Of a stretch of DNA of 64,000 nucleotides, positions 11,620 through 21,524 are shown one piece after another. Under the pieces are notes generated by a model that did no database searches, was not told the origin of the DNA, and saw nothing but the letters and a program-made list of their open reading frames with translations. The stretch comes from Alphaproteobacteria bacterium (lineage in GTDB: Bacteria; Pseudomonadota; Alphaproteobacteria; Bin95), in the NCBI GenBank assembly GCA_963665325.3, contig CAXXWS020000002.1, positions 384,001 to 448,000 on the forward strand. Reading direction: 5' to 3'. The stretch's first letter is position 1. Each line of letters opens with the position of its first letter. Position numbers and translations under genes: made by a program.

Positions 11620-13170
11620 CTACTCCCACTCGATGGTGCCGGGCGGCTTCGAGGTCACGTCGTAAACGACACGGTTGATCCCCGGCACTTCGTTGACGAT
11701 CCGGGCCGCGACGCGTCCGAGGAACGCGGCGTCGAAAGGGTAGAAATCCGCTGTCATGCCGTCAGCGGACGTGACGGCGCGCAAGGCGCAGGCCTGCTCA
11801 TAGGTACGGTCGTCGCCCATTACGCCCACCGTGCGCACCGGCAGCAGCACCGCAAACGCCTGCCAGATGTCGTCGTAAAGCCCCGCCTCCCGGATCTCCT
11901 CCAGGAAGATTGCGTCGGCCCGCCGCAGCGCCCCCAGCTTGTCTGGGTCCACCGCGCCGGGCATCCGTATCGCCAGGCCCGGACCCGGAAAGGGATGGCG
12001 CCCGACGAACCGGTCCGGAAGGCCGAGTTCCACGCCAAGCGCGCGTACCTCGTCCTTGAAGAGCATTCTGAGCGGTTCGACGAGCCTGAGCCCCATGCGC
12101 TCGGGCAGGCCGCCGACATTGTGGTGCGACTTGATCGTTACCGAAGGCCCGCCGTCGAAAGCGACCGATTCGATAACGTCCGGATAGAGCGTACCCTGGG
12201 CGAGGAAATCCGCTCCGCCGAGCTGTGCGGCCTCCCCCTCGAACACCTCGACAAAGGCGGCGCCGATGATCTTGCGCTTCTCCTCCGGGTCTTCGACTCC
12301 TGCCAGCCGTTCGAGAAAGAGGGAGCGCGCATCGGAATGCACGAGCGGGATGTTGAAATGGCCACGGAACAGGCTCACCACCTCGTCCGCCTCGCCGGCG
12401 CGCATCAGGCCCGTGTCCACGAAAATGCAGGTGAGCCGGTCTCCTACCGCCTCATGCAGCAGCCGGGCGGCGACGGTGCTGTCCACGCCGCCCGAAAGCC
12501 CGCAAATGACGCGCCCGCCGTCGACTTCCGCCCTGATCCGTGCCACCGCGGTTTCCCGAAAGGCTGCCATCGACCAGTCACCTTTCGCGCCGGCGACGCG
12601 TAGCACGAAGTTGCGGATCAGCCCGGCGCCGTCCGGGGTGTGCACAACTTCCGGGTGGAATTGCACGCCATAGAACCCGCGGACCTCGTCAGCGATGGCG
12701 GCGTAGGGCGCAGCCGCGCTGCGGGCCACCACCGTGAATCCCTCCGGCAGCGATTCCACGCGGTCGCCGTGGCTCATCCAGACCGGGTAGCGCCCGCCAG
12801 GCTCCCACAAGCCCTCGAAGAGTGCGCACGCCGCCACCGTCTCGACGGTCGCGCGGCCGAATTCCCGATGATCGGCCGCCAGGACGCGGGCGCCCATCTG
12901 CGCCGCCATGAGCTGCTGGCCGTAGCAGATGCCGAGCACCGGCGCGCCGGCCTCGAACAGCGCCGGGTCGGCCGTCGGGGCCGACGACGACAACACCGAG
13001 GCCGGCCCGCCGGAAAGCACGACTGCTACCGGTGCGAAGTCCGCCACAAAGGCCGCGTCCATCTTGTTGAAGGGATGAACCTCGGAATAGACGCCTGCTT
13101 CCCGAATCCTGCGGGCGATAAGCTGTGTGACCTGACTGCCGAAATCGACGATCAGGACGCGTTCGTTCAC
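11620..13170 (-). CDS. guaA: GMP synthase (glutamine-hydrolysing)
   Basis: [45 protein letters not shown]. Confidence 0.98.
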   Translation of the reverse strand: MNERVLIVDFGSQVTQLIARRIREAGVYSEVHPFNKMDAAFVADFAPVAVVLSGGPASVLSSSAPTADPALFEAGAPVLGICYGQQLMAAQMGARVLAADHREFGRATVETVAACALFEGLWEPGGRYPVWMSHGDRVESLPEGFTVVARSAAAPYAAIADEVRGFYGVQFHPEVVHTPDGAGLIRNFVLRVAGAKGDWSMAAFRETAVARIRAEVDGGRVICGLSGGVDSTVAARLLHEAVGDRLTCIFVDTGLMRAGEADEVVSLFRGHFNIPLVHSDARSLFLERLAGVEDPEEKRKIIGAAFVEVFEGEAAQLGGADFLAQGTLYPDVIESVAFDGGPSVTIKSHHNVGGLPERMGLRLVEPLRMLFKDEVRALGVELGLPDRFVGRHPFPGPGLAIRMPGAVDPDKLGALRRADAIFLEEIREAGLYDDIWQAFAVLLPVRTVGVMGDDRTYEQACALRAVTSADGMTADFYPFDAAFLGRVAARIVNEVPGINRVVYDVTSKPPGTIEWE

Positions 13171-14306
13171 CGCCGGTCCTCCAGACGCGCGGACACGGTG
13201 CGGGTCAGCAGCTTGATCTCGGTACGCAGGTCCTCGATCAGCTCGCTGCGTCCCGCCCGCAGCTCCTCGCGCATCTGCGAGAGCGCTGTATCAAGACTGG
13301 CGATATGCCGGCGGGTCGTTTCGTCGAGGCCGCCGCGCTGCCCGCTTTCGAGCAGCCGGCGCAGCAGCGTCTGGGTCTCGATCTGCTCCTCGGCGAGCCG
13401 GGCATGGGCTGCCTGGCTGGTGCTCGACTGTTCGGCGAGTCCGCCCAACGTCTCCGACAATGCCTCCAGGTTGCGGTTCACCGAATGGCGGCCCTCTTCG
13501 GCCCGGCCGACGATCCGGCGCAGATCCTCCAGGTTCTCCGCCGTCGTTTCCAGCAAGGCCTGGATGTAGGACGGCACCGACTGGTCCCCGTCCGCGAAGC
13601 CGGCGCCGCTGGAACCGAGACGGGTGAGCGAGGACAGCCACTCCTCCAGCTCGTTCACGAAGCGGCTCGACGCCTGGGATGCCTGAAGGTCCAGGAATCC
13701 CAAAACCAGCGCGCCGGAAAGTCCGAACAGCGACGAACTAAACGCCGTGCCCATGCCCGCCAGCGGCGCATCGAGGCCGGACTTCAGCTCCTCGAAGACG
13801 CCGGTGAGGCTGCCGGCGGCGATCTCCAGCCCGCCGACGACGTCCGCGATGGCGGATACCGTCTGGATCAGCCCCCAGAATGTGCCGATGAGGCCAAGGA
13901 AGATCAGCAGCCCGGCGAGATAGCGCGCCGTCTCGCTCGCTTCCTCCACTCGCGAGGCAACGCCGTCGAGGATGGAGCGCATCGAAACAGCGGAGAACCG
14001 CACCGGGACCTCCGCCGAAAAGGCGGTCGCCAGGGTCGCCAGCAGGTGCGGCCTCGCGGGCTCCGGCGCGCCTCGACCGGGCGCGGGGCCCTGGATCGAA
14101 TCTATCCACGCGATTTCCCGGAACAACCTCAGCACATGGCGGAAATTGTAGGCGATGCCGATCAGCAGCACGCCCAGGATCAGGCCGTTCAGCGCCGGGT
14201 TGGCCATGAAGGCGTCCGCGACCGCGCCGAACAGCAGCGCCGCCGACGCGGCGACCACCGCAACGAATACAGCCATACGGATCAGATACTGGGTCGGACG
14301 GGTCAT
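13167..14306 (-). CDS. MotA/TolQ/ExbB-like membrane protein with coiled-coil C-terminus (non-flagellar alphaproteobacterial type)
   Basis: [49 protein letters not shown]; lies downstream of suhB as in other alphaproteobacteria. Confidence 0.85.
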   Translation of the reverse strand: MTRPTQYLIRMAVFVAVVAASAALLFGAVADAFMANPALNGLILGVLLIGIAYNFRHVLRLFREIAWIDSIQGPAPGRGAPEPARPHLLATLATAFSAEVPVRFSAVSMRSILDGVASRVEEASETARYLAGLLIFLGLIGTFWGLIQTVSAIADVVGGLEIAAGSLTGVFEELKSGLDAPLAGMGTAFSSSLFGLSGALVLGFLDLQASQASSRFVNELEEWLSSLTRLGSSGAGFADGDQSVPSYIQALLETTAENLEDLRRIVGRAEEGRHSVNRNLEALSETLGGLAEQSSTSQAAHARLAEEQIETQTLLRRLLESGQRGGLDETTRRHIASLDTALSQMREELRAGRSELIEDLRTEIKLLTRTVSARLEDRR

Positions 14307-14355
14307 CGCTCTCGGTCGATCCCTGCCGGGCGGCCGGCGCTTTCAGCCCGGTTCT

Positions 14356-15774
14356 TCAACTTCGCCCGACCAGCACGACATCGACGTGCGCTCCGGCCTC
14401 CTCGCCTGCGCCGGCCGCCCGCGCCACGATCCGGGCTTCCGGCACGCCGGCGGCAATCAGCAGACGGCGGACTTCCATGGCGCGCGATAACGCTTCGCGC
14501 CGGGTCTCGACGTTGACGCTTTCGGCGGAGCCGGAATAGGCGCGAATCTCGACAGTGAGCGCGCTTCCCCCGGCCAGCCTGGAGGCAAGGCTGTCAAGTC
14601 GCGCGCGGTCCTCCGCGCCGAGAATCGTTCCGCCGGCCTTGTAAAGGAACGTCACGGAATGTCCGGTCACGACCGGCGCCGCAGCAACCGGCACCGCGGC
14701 GGTATCGAGGGCAGCCAGGCGGCGCGGCTTCGGCATATCGGCCTGGGGCTGGCTCGGAGGCGGCAGACGCCCGGTTTCGGGTGTTCCGGTCGCCGGGGGA
14801 GGCGGCGGCAGGCCGCCTGCGGGAACCGGGGGAGGCGCTGCGGCGCCAGGCCTACCGGTGGCCGGGGCCGGCGGCGGCAGCCGGAACCGCATGTCCGACC
14901 CGGTGGACGCTGCGGCGCTGCTTTCCGTCCGGCGCGGCTGGATCGGCCGGGGCACCGGCAACGTCGTCCGAAGCGGTTTCGCCGAGAGAGTCTCGCGCTT
15001 CGGCGCGCTGCTCTTCCCGTTGGCGCGGTTCAGGAAAGCCTGGAGCGCCGGCGTCGCCTCCGTCTTCCCGGTTGGTATGCGGCGCACAGGCAAGGCAGCG
15101 GCCTGCGCTGGCGAGGCCGAGGCGGTCGGCGCGGGCGCTACCGGGTTCGACAGGGCTGGGACCGACGGCTTGGCGGGCGCCTCGGGCTGCAACTCGGTAT
15201 CGGGGACGGCCGCGAGCTCCGGCGAGTCCGGCAGGGCCGGAGGCTGCGCCTCGGGTTGCATTTCCAGAGCGGGCGCAACCGGCAGGTCGGGACGCGCGGG
15301 CGGAGGAGGCGGTGCTTGCGGCCCGGGCTGCGACGTCGCAGCAGGGACGGCCGCCAGCTCCGGCGGGTCCGGAGGCTGCGCCTCGGGTTGCACTTTCGCA
15401 ACCGGCGCGACCGGCGGCTCGTGGCGCACCGGCGGAGGCCGGGTTTGCGCCTCGGGCGGCGCTTCCGCTACGGGCGCAACCCGCGGGTCGTAGCGGTCGG
15501 GCAAGGCCGGCGGCTCCGGCTGCGGGATGCTGAGGGTCAGATATCGCCGGGTCCGGCGGTCCTGCCTTCGGAAAGCGCTCCGCCGACGGTCGGCCGACAG
15601 GGAATCGATTACGCCGAAATCGACGGTCACCGACGGCTCCCTGTTCTCGCCGCTCTTCCAACGAGCGCCGCCGCTGTCAACAATCAATGTGTCCTGCGCA
15701 TTCGCTTGCCGGGCGGCCGGGAGCAGCAGGGCCAGGGCGACTGCCGCTCGTAGAATGACTCGATAGCGCGCCAT
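14356..15774 (-). CDS. Secreted Pro/Ala-rich protein with C-terminal OmpA-like peptidoglycan-binding domain
   Basis: Signal peptide MARYRVILRAAVALALLLPAARQANA with a GGGGAG RBS; long Pro-rich linker; C-terminal IRAYS...ALSRAMEVRRLLIAAGV..RI..RAAG. Confidence 0.75.
   Translation of the reverse strand: MARYRVILRAAVALALLLPAARQANAQDTLIVDSGGARWKSGENREPSVTVDFGVIDSLSADRRRSAFRRQDRRTRRYLTLSIPQPEPPALPDRYDPRVAPVAEAPPEAQTRPPPVRHEPPVAPVAKVQPEAQPPDPPELAAVPAATSQPGPQAPPPPPARPDLPVAPALEMQPEAQPPALPDSPELAAVPDTELQPEAPAKPSVPALSNPVAPAPTASASPAQAAALPVRRIPTGKTEATPALQAFLNRANGKSSAPKRETLSAKPLRTTLPVPRPIQPRRTESSAAASTGSDMRFRLPPPAPATGRPGAAAPPPVPAGGLPPPPPATGTPETGRLPPPSQPQADMPKPRRLAALDTAAVPVAAAPVVTGHSVTFLYKAGGTILGAEDRARLDSLASRLAGGSALTVEIRAYSGSAESVNVETRREALSRAMEVRRLLIAAGVPEARIVARAAGAGEEAGAHVDVVLVGRS
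15200..15415. repeat. Imperfect intragenic repeat (QPEAQPP..PELAAVP twice) in the OmpA-like gene
   Basis: gggacggccgc(g/c)agctccggcg(a/g)gtccgg and ccggaggctgcgcctcgggttgca each occur twice, about 130-145 bp apart. Confidence 0.7.
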
Positions 15775-15812
15775 CTCCCCTTCCGCCGCAGCATCGGCAG
15801 CATGATCCGACT

Positions 15813-16643
15813 CTATGCCGCCCGCCCCGAAGGCGCAACCGGAGCCGGGCGCCCGGCCTCCGCCATGATCCGGCACAAATTGCCGTGCAGGCGGTCGTTG
15901 GCGGCAAGGATATTGCCCGTTTCCAGCACGCTGCCGGAACCGTCGATGTCGGAAACCGCGCCGCCGGCCTCCCGCACCAGCAGCACACCGGCCGCGATAT
16001 CCCACCGCCGGAGGCCGGAGTGCCAGAAACCGTCGAACCGTCCGTCCGCGACCCAGGCGAGGTCCAGCGCCGCCGCGCCGAACCGGCGCAGGCTCACCCC
16101 GGCATTCTTGAGCGCTGCATGCTGGCGGAGATAGCAGGCCAGGGCCTCGCTTCCGGCGCCCGCCTCTTCGCCGGTTGCCAGGATGCAGTGCGGCAGGCGC
16201 GCCCGCGCGGACACCCGCAGCCGGCGATTGTTGGCATAGGCGCCGATGCCGCGCGCCGCCCAGTAGGTGTCGTCGGTGAGCGGGTTGTAGACCAGCGCGG
16301 TGATCGGCTCGCCGTCGCGTTCGAGCGCGATCGATATGCAGAAATGCGGGATGCCGTGCAGGAAATTGCCCGTCCCGTCGAGCGGATCGACCACCCACCG
16401 GTTGCTGGTGTCGGCGCCCTCAATGGCGCCGCTTTCCTCCAGCAGGAAGCCGTAGCGGGGCCGCGCCCGCTCGAGTTCCTCGACGATTCGCCGCTCCGCC
16501 TGCCGATCCGCGACCGAGACGAAATCGCCGGGGCCCTTCTCCGAAACCTGCAGGTTCTCGACCTCGCCGAAATCGCGCGCCAGCCCGCGCCCGGCGGCAT
16601 GCGCCGCCCGCAGCATGACATTGATCTCGGCCGGGCGGCGCAT
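15813..16643 (-). CDS. suhB: Inositol monophosphatase family protein
   Basis: EESG, DPLDGTGNFLHG, RRFGAAALDLAWVADGRFDGFW, WDIAAG. Confidence 0.93.
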   Translation of the reverse strand: MRRPAEINVMLRAAHAAGRGLARDFGEVENLQVSEKGPGDFVSVADRQAERRIVEELERARPRYGFLLEESGAIEGADTSNRWVVDPLDGTGNFLHGIPHFCISIALERDGEPITALVYNPLTDDTYWAARGIGAYANNRRLRVSARARLPHCILATGEEAGAGSEALACYLRQHAALKNAGVSLRRFGAAALDLAWVADGRFDGFWHSGLRRWDIAAGVLLVREAGGAVSDIDGSGSVLETGNILAANDRLHGNLCRIMAEAGRPAPVAPSGRAA

Positions 16644-16649
16644 CGCAAG

Positions 16650-17216
16650 TCAGTCCTTGGCCCGCTCGACATAGCTGAGGTCGTTGGGATTGACGACGAT
16701 ACGCGCGCCCATCTTGATGTGCGGCGGCACCATCACCTTGACACCGTTCTCCAGCAGGGCCGGCTTGTAGGAAGAGGACGCCGTCTGCCCCTTCACCACC
16801 GGCTCCGCCTCGACGACCTCCAGCGCAATCCGGGTCGGCAGCTCGATGCTGACCGGGCTGCCCTCCACCGTCAGCACCTTGACTTCCAGCCCGTCCTGGA
16901 GGAACGGCGCGCCGTCGCCCACCATGGCCGCGTCGAGCGAGAACTGGTCGTAGGTCTCGTTGTCCATGAAGGTGTAGCCGTCGGCTTCGGCATAGAGGAA
17001 CTGGCACGGCCGCTCGTCGGTGGTCAGCCGCTCGACGTTGTCCGCGGTGCGCCACCGTTCCTGTGTCTTCACGCCGGTCTTCAGGTCGCGCATTTCGACG
17101 GCGATGAAGGCATTGCCCTTTCCGGGCAGGATCAGGTCGATCTTGATGACGACGCACTGCTTGCCGTCATGCTCGATGACATTGCCGGGACGGATGGTGT
17201 TCGCCTGGATTCGCAT
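16650..17216 (-). CDS. efp: Elongation factor P
   Basis: PGKG loop, YTFMDNETYDQ, VKGQTASSSYKPA, YVERA. Confidence 0.97.
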   Translation of the reverse strand: MRIQANTIRPGNVIEHDGKQCVVIKIDLILPGKGNAFIAVEMRDLKTGVKTQERWRTADNVERLTTDERPCQFLYAEADGYTFMDNETYDQFSLDAAMVGDGAPFLQDGLEVKVLTVEGSPVSIELPTRIALEVVEAEPVVKGQTASSSYKPALLENGVKVMVPPHIKMGARIVVNPNDLSYVERAKD

Positions 17217-17361
17217 CGGGGCCTCGGGCCGGGAAAATCGGACGCCCTTCTAGCAAGCCGGGCCGGCGCCGACAAATGCGGCGGGCGGAAGGCGGTGCGG
17301 CTTCCGGGCGCGGCGCGAAGCTTTGAAGGGGTCCGGACCCAGGGGCCCACTCCAGTCGACA

Positions 17362-18561
17362 TCAGAACCGCAGCATCGGGAAACGGTCGCCGGGCGCGAT
17401 CGTCTCCACGTCCTCGGGCACGTCGAGCAGGCCGTCGGCCTCTGCCATGACGCGCAGCAGGGCCGAGCCGTCGGGACCGGCTTTCCGCGCTGCGCCGTCT
17501 TCGCCGAGGCTGACGCGCAGCCATTCCCGCCGCCCGGTCTTCTTCTTCATGGCGAAGCCGGCTGGCACCGGCGTTGCCGGCGGCGCTTCCCAACCGGCCC
17601 CGCCGAGAAGGCCCAGCATCGGGCGCACCAGCATCAGCAGGCAGGCGGCGGCGGCCACCGGATTGCCCGGTAGGCCGACAAACGCCGCGCTGCCGATGCT
17701 GCCGAGCGCCAGCGGCCGGCCGGGCTTCACCGCGAGGCGCCAGAAATGAAGTTCCGGCACGGCCGCCGCGACATGGTCCTCGTCGCCGGTCGAGATGCCC
17801 GCCGAGGTCATCACGACATCGTGCCCGGCCGCCGCTTCGGCGAGCGCCGCCTTCACCGCGGGCGCATCGTCCGGGAGGATGCCGAGATCGGTCACGAAGA
17901 GTCCGTCTGCCTCCAGGAAGGCGCGCAGCATGGTCCGGTTGGAGTCGTAGAGTTGCCCCGGCGCCAGCGGTTCGCCGGGGAGCGCAAGTTCGTCCCCGGT
18001 GGAGAACAGGGCGATGCGAAGCGGCCGGAACACATCGAGCGCCGTCTCGCCGAGCGAAGCCGCGACGCCCAGTTGCAGCGGGCCGAGGCGCTGGCCGGGC
18101 GCGAAGATCGTCTCGCCCCGGCGGATATTCTCGCCGGCCTTGCGGTAGTTTGCGCCCGCCTTGAGGCCTGCCGGGACAGTCACGGTTTCGCCGTCAAGCT
18201 CGCAGTCCTCCTGCATCGCCACCGTGTCGGCGCCTTCCGGCACCGGCGCGCCAGTCAATATGCGGACCGCCTCGCCCGGCCCGAGTGGGTGCTGGAAGGG
18301 CCGCCCCGCCGCCGCCCGCCCGGCGAGGCGGTAGTGGCCCTGCCCGTGGGCGAAGGCGTAGCCGTCCACGGCGGCGTTGTCGTAGCCGGGCACGTCGAGG
18401 CCGCTCGTCATCGCTTCTGCCAGGATCCGGCCCCGCGCTTCCGCGAGCGCGACACGCTCCCGGCCGACCGTCGGTCCGAGGCGCGTCCGCAGCCGTTCGG
18501 CCGCCTCGCCGACGGTCAGCAGCCGGTCGCCCGCCGCGAAACAGTCGTTGAGCCTCTCCAT
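17362..18561 (-). CDS. moeA: Molybdopterin molybdotransferase
   Basis: GRILAE, NAAVDGYA, RILTGAPVP, STGDEL, KPGRP, GLPGNP. Confidence 0.95.
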   Translation of the reverse strand: MERLNDCFAAGDRLLTVGEAAERLRTRLGPTVGRERVALAEARGRILAEAMTSGLDVPGYDNAAVDGYAFAHGQGHYRLAGRAAAGRPFQHPLGPGEAVRILTGAPVPEGADTVAMQEDCELDGETVTVPAGLKAGANYRKAGENIRRGETIFAPGQRLGPLQLGVAASLGETALDVFRPLRIALFSTGDELALPGEPLAPGQLYDSNRTMLRAFLEADGLFVTDLGILPDDAPAVKAALAEAAAGHDVVMTSAGISTGDEDHVAAAVPELHFWRLAVKPGRPLALGSIGSAAFVGLPGNPVAAAACLLMLVRPMLGLLGGAGWEAPPATPVPAGFAMKKKTGRREWLRVSLGEDGAARKAGPDGSALLRVMAEADGLLDVPEDVETIAPGDRFPMLRF

Positions 18562-18583
18562 GCCCCGGAGCATAGTGGAGAAC
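18562..18583. promoter_or_regulatory. 22-bp divergent intergenic region with overlapping -10-like hexamers (candidate leaderless promoters)
   Basis: Minus strand: TATGCT-7nt-ATG (moeA). Plus strand: CATAGT-7nt-ATG (fdhD). Confidence 0.5.
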
Positions 18584-19435
18584 ATGAGCGAGTTCATGCA
18601 GGAGTTCCTGGTCGCGCCCGACCCGGATGACCCGAGGCTGACCGAAGCCGTCACCGGCATCGACCACGAGGGACGGGAGCGCATCACGCGCGTCGTGGTG
18701 GAAAGGCCGCTCACCATCTACCTGAACAGCCAGGAGATCGTGACCGCGATGACGGTCGGCGACCATGCCGACTGGCTTGCCGTCGGTTTCCTCGTCAACC
18801 AGAACATGCTGCGCCCGGACGACGAGATCACCGGCATCGATATCGACGATGAACTCGACGTCGCCATCGTGCGCACGGCGCGCATGACGGACTACGAGCA
18901 CCGGCTGGAGCGCCGGGTCCGCACCTCGGGCTGCGCCGTCGGCACGGTGTTCGCCGACGTGATGGACAGTTTCGAGGCCTCGGAACTGCCCCCGGACCCG
19001 CTTTACACCTCCTGGATCTACACGCTCTCGGCCAAGATCGCGCGCCGTCCGAGCCTCTATCTGGCCGCCGGCGCCATCCACGGCTGCGTGCTCTGCGAGG
19101 GCGACCGGCCGATCCTCTATCTGGAGGATGTCGGCCGGCACAATGCGGTGGACATGATCGCGGGCTATATGCGCCTCAACGGCGTCTCGCCGGCGGGCAG
19201 GCTGTTCTTCACCACCGGGCGGCTCACCAGCGAGATGGTCATCAAGACCGTGCAGATGGGCGTGCCGATCCTGATCTCGCGCTCGGGCTTCACGGCGTCG
19301 GGCGTGACGCTCGCCCGGCAGGCGGGGCTGACCCTGGTCGGGCGCGCGAAGGGCAAGCGCTTCATCGCGCTCTCCGGCGCGGAGCGCCTCGTGTTCGACG
19401 CGAACCCCGAAGTCGCCACCGGCGACGCCGCCTGA
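18584..19435 (+). CDS. fdhD: Formate dehydrogenase accessory sulfurtransferase
   Basis: VERPLTIYLN, TSGCAVG, GAIHGC, EDVGRHNAVD, TGRLTSEMV. Confidence 0.93.
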   Translation: MSEFMQEFLVAPDPDDPRLTEAVTGIDHEGRERITRVVVERPLTIYLNSQEIVTAMTVGDHADWLAVGFLVNQNMLRPDDEITGIDIDDELDVAIVRTARMTDYEHRLERRVRTSGCAVGTVFADVMDSFEASELPPDPLYTSWIYTLSAKIARRPSLYLAAGAIHGCVLCEGDRPILYLEDVGRHNAVDMIAGYMRLNGVSPAGRLFFTTGRLTSEMVIKTVQMGVPILISRSGFTASGVTLARQAGLTLVGRAKGKRFIALSGAERLVFDANPEVATGDAA

Positions 19436-19440
19436 CCTCC

Positions 19441-20058
19441 GTGCCGTTCGACCCCCGGCAGGACTGCGCCGGCCTCCTGCTCGCGGGCGGCCTCGGACGG
19501 CGGATGGGCGGCGGGCTGAAGGGATTGGCGCTGCTCGACGGGCGGCCGCTGCTGGCCCATGCCGCCGCGCGCGCCGGTCCGCAAGTGGCTTGCCTCGCCG
19601 TCAACGCCAATGCCCCGGCGGAGGAATTCGCCGAACTGGGCCTGCCCGTGCTGCCCGATCCGGTGACGGGATTCGTCGGGCCGCTTGCGGGCGTGCTCGC
19701 CGGCATGCTCTGGGCGCGCGAGGCCGGCTATGGCTGGGTCGCGAGCTTCCCCTGCGATGCGCCCTTCTTCCCCGGGACGCTGGTCCGCGACCTGGCGGCC
19801 GAGGCAGGGAGCGCCGATATCGTCACCGCGACCTCCGGCGGGCAGCGTCACCCGGTCTTCGCGCTCTGGGCCGTGAGCCTCGCCGACGACCTGCAACGCG
19901 CGCTGGCGGAGGAAGGGCTCCGCAAGGTGGACCGCTGGACCGCCCGCTACCGTATGGCCGACGTCGAATTCCCGGTCGCGCCCGAAGGCGACCCGTTCTT
20001 CAATATCAACACGCCGGAAGAGCTTGCCGCGGCGGAGGTGCGGCTGGCAGGGCGCTAG
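19441..20058 (+). CDS. mobA: Molybdenum cofactor guanylyltransferase
   Basis: LAGGLGRRMGG..KG, GPLAGVLAG, PCDAPF, FFNINTPE. Confidence 0.93.
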   Translation: MPFDPRQDCAGLLLAGGLGRRMGGGLKGLALLDGRPLLAHAAARAGPQVACLAVNANAPAEEFAELGLPVLPDPVTGFVGPLAGVLAGMLWAREAGYGWVASFPCDAPFFPGTLVRDLAAEAGSADIVTATSGGQRHPVFALWAVSLADDLQRALAEEGLRKVDRWTARYRMADVEFPVAPEGDPFFNINTPEELAAAEVRLAGR

Positions 20059-20763
20059 TCAGGCCGCGAGCCAGCCGCCGTCCACCGGGAGCGTGGTGCC
20101 GGTGATGAAGCTGGCGCGGTCGGAGAGCAGGAAGCAGATCGCCTCGGCGATTTCCGGCGGCCGGCCGAAGCGTGCCATGGCGTGGCGGGTACGGGAGCGC
20201 TCGCGGGCCGCATCCGGATCGGCCTGGCGCGAGAGGCTGCGGTTCAACATCGGCGTTTCCGTAGCGCCAGGCGCGACCGCGTTGACACGAATCCCGTCGC
20301 CCGCGAGTTCGACCGCCGCCGTGCGGACCAGCGAGACGACCGCGCCCTTGGATGCGATATAGGCCGCATTCAGCGACCCGCCGCCAAAGGCAAGCTGCGA
20401 GGCGATGCCGACAACGGAACCGCCGCCCGCCGCGCGCATCGGCCCGGCTGCCGCCGCGAGCCACATCCAGGTCGCCTTCACATTGACGGCGAAGACCCGG
20501 TCCCAGTCCTCGGGGTCAATATCCTCGATCGCGACGCCGCTCTCGGATATGCCGGCCGCCGTCACAAGGCCGTCGAGGCGCGGGCAGCGTTCCATTGCCT
20601 GAGCGACCAGCGCCGGATCGGTCACATCGCCGACGAGGCCGGAAGAGGCATCCCGGTCCACCACGAGCACGTCCGCGCCGGACGCGCGCAGCATGCCCAC
20701 CGTCTCCGCCCCGATGCCGGAGGCGCCGCCGGTTACGATGATTGTCTTGTTTACGAAGTCCAT
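20059..20763 (-). CDS. SDR family oxidoreductase
   Basis: TGGASGIG, YIASK, RVNAVAPG, VDGG. Confidence 0.92.
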   Translation of the reverse strand: MDFVNKTIIVTGGASGIGAETVGMLRASGADVLVVDRDASSGLVGDVTDPALVAQAMERCPRLDGLVTAAGISESGVAIEDIDPEDWDRVFAVNVKATWMWLAAAAGPMRAAGGGSVVGIASQLAFGGGSLNAAYIASKGAVVSLVRTAAVELAGDGIRVNAVAPGATETPMLNRSLSRQADPDAARERSRTRHAMARFGRPPEIAEAICFLLSDRASFITGTTLPVDGGWLAA

Positions 20764-20786
20764 ACCAGCTTCCTACCATGCATGGC

Positions 20787-21515
20787 ATGAGCGTGCGAGG
20801 CTTCCGGACCCAGGTGGCGGCGCTGGCGGCTGCGCTGCTACTGCCGGCATGGAGTGCTCCGGCGCAGGGCAGCGAGGCCGGGATTCTGGCCGATCGCCTT
20901 CTCGTGGCCGATTGCGGGGACTGCCTCGTTATCGACCCGGAAAGGCGGCAGGGACTTGCGGCGGAGATCGACCGGGTTCTGGCGCGGGTCCGGGAACTGC
21001 GCCCGGACCTGACGGATATCCGGGCGCGGGCGGCATTCGACCCCGGTGCGTTGCTCATCGAAGCGGAACCGGGCCTGCTCGATGCGCTTGTGCAGGCGCC
21101 GAGGGGCAGGACCGGCCATGTGGCCTTCGATACGCTGGGTGACAGGCTCGGCCTCGAATCGGTGCGCGTCTTCTCCTTTGCCGCTACCGCCTTGCTGCGC
21201 TTCGCCGCGCCGGTGAACGTCACCGCTGCGGCCCGTGCCTACCGGGAGGTCGAAGACGTGAAGAGCGCCGAACCCGATGCCGTGCTCGGCGATGGCCCCG
21301 ATATCGCCGCCGCCCGGCACGGTGCTGTCTGGCACGTCGTTATCGACCGCGCCTGGGGCGATTGCCCCTCCGGCTGCCTTCACCGCGAAACTTCGTATTT
21401 TACGGTAGGCGGAGATGGTGTCTCGGAAATCGAAGCGCGGCGAGCTCTCAAGATGCCGGGTTTCGAGAAGGCCCTGTTGTCTAGTGGCCACGGCAGGTTC
21501 GCGCAACCGCGCTGA
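20787..21515 (+). CDS. Secreted hypothetical protein with CxxC and WGDCPSGC motifs
   Basis: Signal peptide (VAALAAALLLPAWSAPAQG); fills the gap between the SDR and xth. Confidence 0.7.
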   Translation: MSVRGFRTQVAALAAALLLPAWSAPAQGSEAGILADRLLVADCGDCLVIDPERRQGLAAEIDRVLARVRELRPDLTDIRARAAFDPGALLIEAEPGLLDALVQAPRGRTGHVAFDTLGDRLGLESVRVFSFAATALLRFAAPVNVTAAARAYREVEDVKSAEPDAVLGDGPDIAAARHGAVWHVVIDRAWGDCPSGCLHRETSYFTVGGDGVSEIEARRALKMPGFEKALLSSGHGRFAQPR

Positions 21516-21524
21516 CCCGTGTTC

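Noticed and set aside
13167-14306. Flagellar stator motA
   Set aside because: No flagellar genes nearby; the sequence fits the non-flagellar suhB-linked family, so no gene symbol was given
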